Shown here: positions 38,165 to 51,123 of the stretch, piece after piece | Numbering within the stretch: the first letter of the stretch is position 1 | How the letters are laid out: every line of letters begins with the position of its first letter | Source of the DNA: Strigamia acuminata | Taxonomy: Eukaryota | Direction of reading: 5' to 3' | Length of the DNA stretch: 64,000 nucleotides | Assembly: GCA_949358305.1 (NCBI GenBank) | Contig: OX442314.1 | Location: 31,992,001-32,056,000 of the forward strand | Translations under genes and position numbers: made by a program | Notes under the pieces: generated by a model | Told to the model about the DNA's origin: nothing | What the model saw: the letters and a program-made list of their open reading frames with translations, nothing else | The model's database searches: none

Positions 38165-38984
38165 CAAAGAAAGGAAAACACGACCACACAACGTGAATTA
38201 TTCTTGTGTTGTTGATTTGCTTTAGCAACCGTTGCCCAGTTTACTCGATTAAAAATTTATGTATATAGCCATCCGGTGTCTACATCCTGCAAACTTGCAA
38301 TTTATGTGTATTGACATCCTATGTTTACATCCAACAAACATGTCGTGACAACCCCAGCATAACGTGAGGAGGTGGGAATTCTTTAGCTTAAAAGGTCACT
38401 TATTGAAAAAACCCCAGCGCGGGATTCATATATTTTTTTCTACAGCGACACTACCGTTCATCCGCCCATTACGCTGCACCAGGCATTCATTGTAAGCGAT
38501 CAACGCCCTTTTCGCACTCATTTTTGAGCCGTGCCTTGCGAGTTTGGAGACCTAACCTAACCTAACCTAATTCAAATTTTAATGTTAACACCCTCCCCCA
38601 AATAATGACGAAGAAAACCATCATGCGGAAAAGGAAAAGAATCGTTTACGCCTGGTGCAGTAGCGGCGATCGGTAATGGACGGATGATCGGTAGATGAGA
38701 GTCGCGAATCCAGAAATCGCGATGGAATATTATGATTTGTTTATTGCCTCAAAAAGGCATTAACATTATTACAAGTTACTTTTTTTTAGCCATAAACTAT
38801 TTACCACAGCTGGACAAACAACGAATTCGATAAAAAAAATTGATTTTTGTTTCAGATTTTATTTAAATGGAAATACAATTGGAAAACAAACTTGGAATAT
38901 TTAAAAAGTTTATTTATTTATTAGAATTTTTAATTATTTATGCACGTTAATAAAATAAATCTACTAGAATGTCGTTTAAAAAAT

Positions 38985-39795
38985 TCATCCCAAAACGTGG
39001 ATTTGATCGTCGTTCAATATTTTGTCTTCGTCGGTGCTTACATTTAATATTTCGCCCTCTTCGATACTTTCACGCAACTTTTCGTCCGCATCGATTAATT
39101 TATGATCAGCTACAACGGAAACTTCGGGTAGCTTCTCCTGGCGTCCGCGAGATTTCAATGGAGATCTCTGTCTTCTGCCCGATCTCGATCGGAACGATTT
39201 AATAAGCGATCTCGACCGGAACGACTTAATGGGCGATCTAGATCTGAACAAATTTTGGCCACGGCTTCTAACGGCAGGTCTCGATCTCGACTCTTCACGA
39301 CTCATCTCCACGTTCGGTCTCACCAATCGCACGCGCCGCCCGTGCAATTTGGTGTTATGGAACATTTCGATCGCCATTCCTCGATCCCGTTCCGTCGCAA
39401 AATCAACAAAACCTTCGTTTCTCCTCATTCTATGCGCTTCCGCGTGCACCACCTTCCCAGCTTTCTCCATACAATTCTTCAGGTCCCGCCAACTCATACA
39501 GTCCGCCACATTCTCCACAATTACACAAAATGTTTCGCCAAACCCACGACGACCGTCCCTCGAATTTCGAAATTCGTCGCGAAAACTACGACCGGAATCA
39601 AAATTGCGTGACGGTTCTCTCCTCTCATCGCGACGTCCCCGGGCAAACGTCACCGTCACTGGTCGACTTAACAATTTCTGACCGTCTAAGCATTCAATGG
39701 CTTCGTCGGCGTCGCGCTTATTCTTTATTTCCACGAAAGCGAAGCCGGTTTTAAGAAAAATCTCTTCGACTTCGTATCCCTCGAATTCGAAAAAT
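38985..39795 (-). pseudogene. 5'-truncated, intronless SRSF4/5/6 (B52/SRp55)-like sequence with two RRMs and a reduced RS region
   Basis: RRM1 KTGFAFVEI..KRDADEAI..LDG lacks its N-terminus. Pseudo-RRM2 reads VIVENV...SWRDLKN...AEAH...RNEGFVDF. RSRS repeats follow. There is no ATG for RRM1. Confidence 0.85.
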
Positions 39796-42290
39796 GTTGC
39801 CACCAAATTGATATTTCAATACCCGCAAGCTAAAATTCTAGAATTTCAGATAAAAATATCTATATATTAGTTTCTTAATTTTTATCGCTATAGTTTGCAC
39901 CTGCTATTATTTTAAAGGGAATATATTATTAATCCACTAAAATTCCTTGGATTTACACTAAAAAAAAACTAATTCTCCCACTTACTGAAATTTCCACTAA
40001 CGCTCCTTTTTTGTTCCACTAAATTTATACACTAAAAAAAAACTAAATTTTCCACTACTGAATTTCCCCACTATAAAAAACTAAGTACATCCACTATTTC
40101 TACTAATTTTTTTTATTACAAAAGGAAGGCCTTCCTAGCTTTCGATGGTCTACCTTGCTTCCTTTTCTCGCCCAAAGGCACGTTCTACTTAGGTACTGCT
40201 CAATAATAGGACAAGAACAAGTTCCCTCATCCCAACAAGACCTCGGGGCCTCTAGCCGGCCGCAACATCGCCTTCGGCATGCACATCGGGTCCATCTTCA
40301 TTGGCCACGCGGATGTCCACAACGACACACCACCCTCGTTCGTCGACTCCCGCCGCTCCCCGATAATCCACGGCGTGGTCGCTAGACTCCCCAATTGCTG
40401 CAGCGCCTTGCGTAGCTTCCAACAATTGGGGAGTCCGCCGGCTCACCGAGGAGCGGTAGGAGTCAACAAAGGAGGGTGGTGTGTCGTCGTGGACATTCGC
40501 AAACCATAGTCGTCCATGAAGATGTTGCGGCCGGCGAGGAGCCCCGAGGTCTTGTTGGGACTGGGTCCCGACACGTGACTAGGACCGGCGGGAGTCGACG
40601 AACGGGGAGACACGCGACGAATGCGCCCTGGACGAACCAGCCTTCGCCCGGCGAGATGTGGCCGCCGTCGTACAATTTTGCCACCAGAAGTGGGGTGAGG
40701 GAACTTATTCTTGTATATTGAGCAGTACGACCAACCCTCCCCCGCATGGTCTACGAGCGAGAGACTGACGAGGTCTAGTTGGGACTAGGTCCCGACACGT
40801 GACTAGAACTGGGGACTAGGACTCGGGCCTTGGCGGGGACTCGGTTGCGGAAGCGGGCGACTGTTGGGGCGCTCGTAGACCATGCGGGGAAAGGGTTGGT
40901 CGTCCTCGACGTTAGCCAAACGTTCGCACAGCTGCAGCATAAAAAAACATAGAAGTAGTAGTGGTAATATTAGTTTTTTCTCCTCTAATTTGATTTTAGT
41001 GGAAGATTTAGTTTTTTTTTAGTGTATAAATTTAGTGGAACAAAAAAGGAGCGTTAGTGGAAATTTCAGTAAGTGGGAGAATTAGTTTTTTTTCAGTGGA
41101 ATTCCAAGGAATTTTAGTGGACCAATAAATGGGACCCTTATTTTAAAGACCAAACATTGAATGTTAATCTTGTATTCTTGTTTAGACAAAAACTATACTT
41201 TGGTTTTTTGGTGTTTTTTTTCTTCTTGTTTTTCCTGTTTTTTTTTCCTGTTTTTTTAGGTTTTATTGGTATTTTTTGAGTTGTGTGTGTTTATTGGGGG
41301 TTTTATTTGGTTTTAAGTGTTTTTTTCGTTATCTTAGGATTTTAGTAAGGTTTTTAAGTTTTTTTTTCCGGACCTCGATAAAAATTTTCAATAGTATCCG
41401 GACCCCACTTAAAATTACTTGCCGACCCCTGTATTAATTCATACCGTACTATCTTCAGAATATGTGAATAAGTAAACTTTATTCTGTCTCCATATGATTA
41501 GATCCTGTAACATGTTTAAATCTGGATCACGCTTTGGATTTGGAATTCCTCGTGTTTCTTTGATGACAAATATCAATATTTTGTTTTCAATTGATGAGAA
41601 AATATACTGGGCCAGCTGAAATGAAGATTTATTTTAAAATGCATAGGCCATGTGTACTATTAAAACTATAAGGAAGTGCTGTCATTAAACCAACAAGTAT
41701 TCAGTCGACAAACATACAGTAACTGTCCACTGTAGGGCAGCGTTAACTTGTTGTTCTAATGCTATCCCTCGACTTGGAAAATGATTAGACCTTTACTTGC
41801 TCAAAACTTTCTATCCAAATGATAATCAGCTGAAAAGGTGTGTAATTGAAATCCTTCGATCTATTATTGAACCGTCGAGCCGACATTTGAATTTTTCCTA
41901 TCCAATTGAAATGGATCAATTTCAACAAACAGTTTTCCGCTAAAACAGGAATATAAGATAAATGGAAATATAAAACAAAATTAAATTTGGAATTTAGAAA
42001 CCATAATCATCTTGATAATAAATGATGTGGATTCTTCTTGTGTTAGTTATCCGCACAATATTAGATAATTGCAAATTGAGTTCATTATTGCAGTCAGCAC
42101 AGAGTAAATTAGATAAAGAATTGGTTTCTCGTACTAAAAGAAAAGATAAATAAACACGGTGTAATTTAAAAAAAAAAAATCTTAATTACTCAGAATTTAT
42201 ACGTTACTTACGTTTTGATGTGTCGATACATCCAGAAAACAAGCAACAGAAAAATACTCTTAAAATGGTTTTCCTCCATGTGGCCCCCAT
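39751..42290 (-). pseudogene. 5' half of an IR gene (IR-D; exons 1-4 and start of exon 5) joined to the SR-like sequence
   Basis: Start MGATWRKTILRVFFCCLFSGC at 42290; exons are collinear with IR-A and IR-B. Exon 5 (acceptor 39837) runs into SR sequence near 39790 and stops at TAA 39751. Confidence 0.8.
39917..41137. mobile_element. MULE-like non-autonomous element in an IR-D intron
   Basis: GGG...CCC ends; TIRs of about 190 bp with CCACTAA repeats; 10-bp TSD TTATTTTAAA (39907-39916 and 41138-41147); GC-rich interior. Confidence 0.82.
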
Positions 42291-44010
42291 CTGGCCCGTT
42301 ACCTCAATTTTCAAGAGAGAGAAAACACGACCACACAACTTAATGTATTCATATTTTTATACTTGTGTTCTTGATTTGCTTTAGCAACCGTTGCCCCGTT
42401 TAATCGATTGCAGTTTATGATTATTGGCATCCGGTGTGTACATCCGACTAGTTAATGATTTATGTATTGACATCCAAGCAATTAATTAGGCTTAGACATC
42501 TTAATTTAACACAAAGCAATTTTGCCGAGCGGCTGTGCCGAAACTCGCAAAAAGTCATAATTTTTCTGCACCAAATCAAAAAACAAAACATGCGGTTACG
42601 GAGAGAAATCAATTTCCTACGAAATGGGACCAATTTCGGAATTTTCTGAGGACTTTTTCATATAAAAAAGCCTGGTTTTAGATTCGAAGTGGTCAAGTTA
42701 TTGAAGTCGTAACTGCCAAAGTCGTAATTGTGCATAATTACTTTTGTAAATAAAAGCCTAGCTCACCTACGCCTACAACCGCCACTTGATTGGTCGTTGG
42801 GTCAGAATTAATGATACTCGGGTATCATAACGTGTTCGCTGCTTGATCGTGAATTTTTCCATGGTTAAACTCCCAGGTGTAATTTATAAAATATCTGAAG
42901 AAAAAAAAATTAATTAATTAATAAAAAGTATTAAACATTAAACATTTGGCCCATTCTGTATTTTCCCAGTAATAAATTTATATTTTGATATTCCATTTAT
43001 ACTGGATGTTTGGATCAGTTACTTAGGGTCTGTGAAATTTCATTGTGAATTAGATTGAATTGAAATTTAAATCAATTGAATTCTTTGACCAAATTTCACA
43101 TTTCAAATTTGAAATTTCAAACTTTTAACATGTTTAATTTTAGTAAAGCACTCGAAAGTTCTGCGCACATGAAAGTCACGTCAACTGAAAGACCCCAGAT
43201 TCGTTGTAGCTTACCTTAGATCCTTTATTTCATTAAGTATAAAAAAACGCACAATATTCATCACCTCAAATGATGATTGAAGAACTTTCTAATGTGTCAA
43301 CGAACACCGTTGTTACTTACCCGAGCATCAGCACTCGGTCACCGCATCATTTGAATTCAGAGAATTGGATCCTCTAGTTCAACGCCACGTGAGATTAGGC
43401 TAGTATCAAATGCAGCTCACTCGATCTGAACATTAGAATATTTCATCATATTAAAAATGTTTAATCCAGTTACGTTAAACAATTTTTACCGTTTCGACCA
43501 GTTGATCTTGCTGCATCCATGTTGTCGTGCAGACTACTGTTGCCATCTGGCGAAGAAATATCGAACCTTGGACAAAAACGCTCAAAAATCGTACATTTTG
43601 TAGTTCACATTGTGCATTAACGTGTATCTAAAATGAAGATAGAAATGTATTTTCGCAAGTAAAATTGGATGCTTTACAGATTGTACAATACAAAATACAA
43701 AATTTGGAATAAAAATTTTATTTCTACCAAAAATTATTGGTTTTAAAATTGTATTTAAAATAGAATAATTGCATAGGATATACGTATGACTTATACTGTA
43801 GATTGCAAACTGCAAAATACAAAATTTGAAATAGAATAATTCAAAAAAATACCGTTAGGCGTATTCCTACGGTATACGTATGACCTGCGATCTTCTTTCC
43901 TGCTGTATATAAGACGTGGAACCAGAAGAAGTGGCAGATAGTTATCTCGCAGTGACTGACACAGCCACACGCCTTTGTAATTCTCCGAAGATATTACTTG
44001 CACCGTAAAC

Positions 44011-44595
44011 ATGAGTCGCTTCGAAGCCTGCGCATTGCCCATTGGACCAGAACCAAGCTTTTGCTTCGACCTCACCATGGAAACGAAAAACGGGTCGGTA
44101 GAAACCAACACGGACGTACTGATACAAATACCGTATTTTGACAGACGTTACGACTTTGGGCGGTTGGGGAAAAACGGAAGTCCGATTTGTATTAACGTTA
44201 GACGCGTAACGTCGGAAGCATTGAATATTATTATCGATTTAGTTAGTCGTCGTAAAATGTTGGAACCGGATATCGAAGACGAATGTTTGCTTTGGGATGT
44301 TATTGAAACTGCTTACAGAATGCAATTGTGGAGAGTGTTTCATTTTTATTGGAAGATTTGGGTGTTGAAGCATCTTTTTGTACCGCAGCATTTTCAGGGC
44401 GTTTGGGAGGCGGCGGAAATGTTTGACGAAATCGACAGTATGTTATGTGTTTTTTGCGATAACGTGTCGAAATTGAATGACGAAGTACGTAAACGTATTA
44501 CGCCCAGTCAGATGCGACGTCTTTCCGATTGGTCGGAATTTTACGATTTTTCTTTCACAGTTCATCAATTAATAAAAACAAAATTTAACATTTAA
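44011..44595 (+). CDS. Intronless BTB(-BACK)-like protein, 194 aa
   Basis: BTB-like segments DLTMET..SVETNTDVL..IPYF, INVRRVTSEALNIIIDLV and LWDVIETAYRMQL; BACK-like QGVWEAAEMF. TATATAA near 43906 and AATAAA downstream. Confidence 0.7.
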   Translation: MSRFEACALPIGPEPSFCFDLTMETKNGSVETNTDVLIQIPYFDRRYDFGRLGKNGSPICINVRRVTSEALNIIIDLVSRRKMLEPDIEDECLLWDVIETAYRMQLWRVFHFYWKIWVLKHLFVPQHFQGVWEAAEMFDEIDSMLCVFCDNVSKLNDEVRKRITPSQMRRLSDWSEFYDFSFTVHQLIKTKFNI

Positions 44596-44875
44596 CATTT
44601 AACATTTAACGTCTATGGTTCGAGCGCGGCGGGTAAAAGAAGATAAATTAGACGGAAATAAAACGTCACTTCAATTTGTTAAAAGATTAATCGAGCAAGA
44701 TCAAAAATGAATTTTTAAAGGCTTTTATTTTACTTGAATGTTTGTGTGTTTCAACTTCCGGTTTAGAGTGCCACCTGACGGAACCCGTCATCAATGTTAG
44801 TAAATGTACATGGTTAAAATATTTATTAATTTGGATTTTAGTGAATGGAGAAAATAATGTAGCTGTATTGAGAAA

Positions 44876-47800
44876 TTAAGTTAGTGCAGCTAACACACGA
44901 GTCTGTCTCAGTGCACGCTCCCAAAAATACAATTCTAAAAGAAATATTATTGCAGAGCAGAAAACACCTCCAATGAGAATTAGAAATGCTGTGATTGTGT
45001 GGTAGATAGAGATGGATTTGTAATCATAATTTCTTGTCTCGCAAAACGTTTTTATTTCGTACTCATCCTCAATTCTGTTTAAAATTCCTTTTTCTTTTAA
45101 GTTCATAACGCTGAAATGCATAGACCGGAAGTTTAATTTTAAAATCTTTAGAAATTTACAGTACTCACTTCTGATTAAAGAATTCCACATATTTTGATTT
45201 TTTATCAAAAATGTAATTCCCTGAAACAGGAATCTGAATTTTTATAAAACTGAACGAACAGTTTGGTCCGTACATCTTTTTCAGGCCATTGTAAAAATGG
45301 ATGATGGCATTATTGTTCTTCGAAAGCAGTTTTGGAGCGTCTGTCCAGGTAATGTTTCCTTTTCCAGCACTCTTTTCCATACGATGCCACATTTCCCTTG
45401 TAAGATTTGTTTGTGCATTCTACCATAAAAAATAAGACCATAATTATTTCATTATTTCATAATTTCATTTTGAATCCGATCGATCCTTAACGTTTTTTTC
45501 CCATTACCTTAATGTACGTGTAGGGGAACATGACTCCAAAAGCGTACAAGCTGACTTTGTCTTCCGACAATACATCTTGAATACTATTGTATTGTAGTCG
45601 CGATGTTGTAACAGTGAGTGATGTGTATAGTACCACACTGTAGCTTGAAATAATTAGCAGACGAAAGAAATATTCCGTTCCAGTAATTGTGTAAACTATA
45701 AAATATAATTAGAAGAACTTGAAAATTGATTAACAATCTTATTGAGGTGTATTTACCTGAAGCTGAGGTTGTGTGATTATCGAATTTGGTAATCAACGCA
45801 ATAGATAGCGCGATAAAGAGATAAGTAGCTAAAATACACACCCAAACAAGCACGGAGAATGGTTGGAAAAAAGTTGTCCATCGGTATTCTTTGATGTAGC
45901 TGTCTTGTCGCATGACTAATCCATATGTTTCTCTGGCGATAGGAAAATTTACGAAGTCGAAAATCGGCACACGTTCTGCACTCATTGCAAATGGGCCTTT
46001 GTAGGTGTCGTAATGCTTTTAAAAAATTAGTCAAATTGAATGATAAATGTTCCGCCCTCGAATAAGAGCCGTGACCGAGAGAGGCAATTTGATATAAGAG
46101 CGGTTCTCAATCAAGCAACTACGGTAATTATTAAATACTAAAAATTATTTATCAAAATTCTAAATTCGCAACACAACGACTTCGAACAGAAATTAGTGGG
46201 GTTAGGTTAGACCATCTGAGCACATTGCAAATGAGCACCCTATTTAAATTGGTTGCAGGGGAGCACGGGTTTATTTGTGCACCCAATTAAAAAATTTAAA
46301 TATTAGTATTAAATAATTAATTAAGTAATAATTAAATTAAATGAGCACGTTTTAAATGAGCACGTTTTAAATGAGCACGTTTTAAATGAGCACGATTGGT
46401 GCAAATAAGCACCTTTTAAATGCACATGATTGGTGCAAATGAGCACCTTTTAAATGCACACGATTGGTGCAAATGCAAAACGTTTTGCCAATGAGGGGGT
46501 ATATAAGGGGGAAAACTATTATTTCCTATCACATTTGGCAGATTCACTGACTGACTAACAGCCATGGTTTTAACGTCGACCAAGCTTCCTTCGCATGCAG
46601 TGCTTGTTGAGAACCGTCTGTGGTATGACCAGAGAAAATTTATTTACTGAGAAGATAAACCATGTGGTTTCGATGACAACATCATGCTGATGCGGTGTAT
46701 TGTTAAAGTATGTCATTGTAGAGGCCGGCTAAACCTGACTACTTCAGAGTTTGAGGTTACTTCTCCGCATGAGCATGGAACAACTGCTTTAGAAATTAAT
46801 ACCAAACTCTTTACGCACGAACTTGTAACCAATTGTCGTAACCTTAACCCATCTGCGGCAAAGAAGCCGGAATACGACAAGCTATGCATCAAGTATCCTG
46901 ATGAATGGGCCAACATCGGGGAACGGCAGCGACTCCAGGCCATTGCACAACTACCCGAGGTAGTTCATAGAGTGGCGGCCCAGTTGATCGAACTGCTGAC
47001 TGAGGTAAACGCAGGTCTAGTGGTGCAGTTGGAACCAACAGATTCCACCTGTCTCCTGTGCAATGCACACAAGTGCAATGTTGTGTACAGGTGTGGGCAC
47101 ACTGCATGCTCTGCCTGTGTACAAAGGGCTGTTGAGATAGATGTGCTTCTAAAAAGCCATGTTTGCCGCATGGTTATAAAGAAGCGTAGCTATCTTACCA
47201 GATTCTTCTTATTATAAAAATAACAAGAAATAACAACGGATTTACTAATGTGCCCATTTGAAACCAATTTTATTATCATTATATAGCTTATACATACAAA
47301 TAAACCCGTGCTCCCCTGCAACCAATTTAAATAGGGTGCTCATTTGCAACTTAATATGGGCGCCAAATGTGATTTCGCGTGGGTTGGGCGCCAATCCAGA
47401 TTCACTCCAGATGATCAACAGGAAACAGCTAATCTTTATTACAGCAGAAGAATCATAAAATTACATCGCGATTATTTAATTTATTCTTATTTTATTTTAT
47501 TACATTTTAATCAGTGCTCATTTAAGACGAGCTCATTTAGGACGTGCTCCCGTGAGACAGCGCCTTTGCAACGTGCTCAATTGAGGTGCTCAATTGATTT
47601 CGGTGCTCATTTGCAATGTGCTCATATGGTCCCCCCCCAAATTAGTCTATCATAATTGTTTTTATTTTTATATCGAATGATTGCTTTGGTGCCATGTTGA
47701 TTTTTGGTACCAGTATATGTTAAAGGGGCGGGAACTGCACTAGGGGGTTGTCATGGAGATGCAGTCGCTACTTGCCTCATTTCCTGTGAGGCAAGTGGGG

Positions 47801-49684
47801 AATGCCATTTCCTATAAAATGTGGAAACTGAATATGGTTCACAATTGAAATAAGAACCGGCCTCGAATTGGAGCCGCGGCTCAGAGTGCCCGTTTTGGCT
47901 CTCATTTGGTAAAATACGGTATTTAAAGTTTATTGGAACTGCCTGTAATAATTGCTGTCCTGTATTTCATAAGGAAAAGTACACTTACTCAAACTGACCA
48001 ACGTCGCAATGTTTACTTACTTTCTGTTTCATATTTGTCAATACATTATCGTCGTACTTACCGGTAATGGTAATGCTGACTATTGAACTAGAAATGTACA
48101 AAGTTTACATAAACCTTTTGAAAGTAATTTACCAAACTACAAAGACATTACCAAATGTTACTCATTTTCTCCAATATGTGATCTGTTATTGCGATATCTG
48201 GAAATAGAGGTTTATTTTTTGCTTCAACCTACAAAAAAAATAGGATGGTATCCTGGTCAACTTTTGAGTGATTCATTACTTCTATTTGGGCTAGTGTAAT
48301 TGTCAGTCAGAACTGGCAATATTCGAAGCTGCAAAAGGTCAGTTTGTGGTAACTGTCGCAACTGACCAAGTTTGATACAGATAACAGTATAAAACAGTCA
48401 TTTTTGTGCTAATTTATAGTTACATGCAATATTATTTGTAATTACGTTTTAAATTATAATATAGCAGGCTTTACCTGGCTTATAGTGAAATTATGTTTTT
48501 TCAAAAACAATGTTGTGTGAGAAATCTTTTTGAACTGACATCTTTGTTGTTCTGCACAATTCATCCCGAAGTTGGTTATTTGAAAAATGTTCCCTTCAAA
48601 TTGATATTTTAATTCCTGCAAGCTCAAATTCTGGAATTAAAGACACACAAATATATATTACTTTCCTGTGTTCAATTGTATAACTTTGCATCTGTTATAA
48701 TCATAAGGATCAAATGTACTGAATGTTAATCTGTTTAAACAAAAATTGCACAAATTTTAAACATTACTGTGGTTTTCTTCTCAGGTAAAATATATTATTT
48801 GCAGGGCCGGATTTAGGTCTTGAATGGTGTTAATTGATAACAAGATGAACATTATGTGCGTATTGAGTGTATATTATTTAACAATTGACTCTTACAGTAC
48901 TATATTCCGAATATGTGAACAAGTAAACTTTATTCTGTCTCCATATGACTAGATCCTGTAATAAGGGCAAATCGAGATCGTACTTTGTATTTGGAGTTCC
49001 TAATGTTTCCTTGATGACAAATATCAATATTTTATTTTCAATTGACAAGAAAGCATACTGGGCAAGCTGAAATGAAGATTTATTTTAAAATATAATAATA
49101 CCAGTGTGTACTGTTAGAATTAGAACTAGGAGGGAATGCTGTCAAGACCAACAAGCATTCATGGCAGTCGGTCGACAAATATAACTAGTAGGATGATTAG
49201 ATCTTTACCTGCTCAAAACTTTCTATCCAAATTAGAATCAGCTGAAAAGGAGTATAATTGAAATACAATGATGAATTATCAAACTGTTGAGCTGACATTT
49301 GGATTGTTCCTATCCAATTGAAATGGATCAATTTCGCCACACAGTTTGACACTAGAATAGAAACACGAAGTAAATAATAATATAATAAAAAAAAAAAATA
49401 ATAATAATTTGAGATTTAGGAACCATAATCATCCTGATAGTAAATGATGTGTATTATTCTCGGTTTTGTGATTTGTACAATATTAGACAATTGAAAATTG
49501 ATTTCATTATTACAGTTAGCAATGGGTAAATTAGATAAAGAAGTGTTTTCCCATGCTAATAGAAAAGATTAATGCACAATTACTCTAATGTGTTGCTGTA
49601 CATACTTCTCAACAGATTACTTTTTGAAATGTCGAAGCAAAAGAAAAATACACATAAAATCTTTATCCACCAAGTGGCATCCAT
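44876..49684 (-). CDS. Divergent ionotropic receptor IR-B, 11 exons, roughly 580 aa
   Basis: Start MDATWWIKILCVFFFC; all exons read in frame; motifs MSAERVPIFDF, QPFSVLVWVCIL, LLIISSYSVVLYTSLTV, LKEKGILNRI and M4. Confidence 0.87.
46198..47638 (+). mobile_element. MULE-like element carrying a degenerate FLYWCH-like plus RING-like ORF (46564-47217), nested in a MITE in an IR-B intron
   Basis: GGGG...CCCC ends; TGAGCAC sub-repeats; 8-bp TSD AAATTAGT; TATATAA at 46500; RC..C.GRL...HEH and CLLC...CGH..C..C...HVCR motifs. Confidence 0.75.
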
Positions 49685-50514
49685 ACGGCCTCTTGTCTCA
49701 ACTTTCAAAAGGAAAACACGACCACACAATGTGAAAAATTCTCGTGTTGTTGATCTGCTTTAGCAACTGTTGCCGAGTTTATTTGATGAAAGTTTATGTG
49801 TATTGGCATCCGGTGACTACATCCGACAAACACATGTGATGATGTCGATATTGTATCGACTCTAATCAGAATCAATTTGTAATTAAATACACCAACAGAC
49901 TGAACGTGTGAGCATTTGCGTCAATATCAAAATAATATTTTACACTTGAACCACTTTTGTGGAAGTTGCGACTTTTAGAAAGTCTAATTTCTAAAAGTGT
50001 GAATGATCTATTTTAAGACCATTCACAGTTACGGATTAGTTTTGTAGAAATTAGTGATTTTTTTTACTAGGAGTAACTAATGCACCTCTACAAAAACTGG
50101 TAGATTATTTATGTCTGGCAAGATGTTGTCCACTTAAAGCTTTTCTACTGCTTTTCTACTTGTAGATAATGAATCATTAAAGATAGAGACTTTTTTAAAA
50201 GAAAGACAGATGCCAGTTTAGCAAATCAACGTATCCTTTAAATTTGTTTTCCGCATTAAAACTTGATAATTTTGTTGCAGATCAACTTTGCTATAGGCTA
50301 TAGTATGCTTTGTTTTTTTAAAAAGCATATACTTATTCGGGAAATTGACTCAATTTTAAGACCATTCACACTTACGGATTAGTTTTGTAGAAATTAGTAA
50401 CTTATTGACTAGGAGTAACTAATGCACCTCTACATAAACTGGTAGAATGTTGTCCACTGAAAAGTAGGGGTTTGCTTTTCTACTTATAGATAATTTATAT
50501 TAATATATTAATAC

Positions 50515-51123
50515 TTTGACCAGCTGCCCCTGCAGGCTGATCACTGCCCTGCAATGCAATGCACTTGATGCAGCTCTCGCGCCTCGTGTGTTTCTTGCGC
50601 GCCCGTTGCGGTCCTCCGCAACCAGGTGGACCTACGGGCCCTTGATCAGCAAATCGGGTCCCGAATGTGATCCTTCTGGAAGTGGGTGGGCCCTGTAGCA
50701 GTCCACGAGTTGTTCTTCTAGCCAGCATGGTGAACAGTCGCAATCCAACCTTCACTCCATTTCTGACTATGATGGCGACCCAAACGATCGGCGCGGCGAC
50801 TCTGTCGCTCGCCAGAACCTGAGCGTCTATGTAAGCCATGTCCGACTTATGTTCTCCGTGAACGTACGGCAGCATGGCCGAAACATACACCGACCTCGCG
50901 TGTCATGCATCCCAATGGTCACCGTGACACCCGGTCTGATTAGGGATGGCTCTATGGTAGCCATCATTATACATTACACCCATTACACCCCTAGACATCA
51001 ATAAAGCCAATAACTAAAACTCTCTTGTGTATTTCATGGAGCTTTGTCTATAAATAACCGCGAATGAGATTAGGCCTAACAAAACAACAATCGTTCTCCC
51101 GACCAATCCCGAGGCGCGTAACA
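50515..51123 (+). mobile_element. LTR-like sequence
   Basis: Homologous to 34977-35236; contains AATAAA near 51000; boundaries uncertain. Confidence 0.45.

Noticed and set aside
38552..38570. Telomere (TTAGG)n
   Set aside because: Only 3-4 units, inside a dispersed MITE.
38985..39837. In-frame IR-SR fusion protein
   Set aside because: The frames differ: the IR frame stops at 39751 and the SR frame has an upstream TGA.
45584..45756. Intron read-through GKYTSIRLLINFQVLLIIFY as the missing pore or M3 segment
   Set aside because: The 61-nt intron shifts frame and leads to a stop; the real M3 (LLIISSY) is in the spliced frame.
50009..50495. Local duplication of about 150 bp
   Set aside because: AT-rich intergenic duplication with no functional signal.
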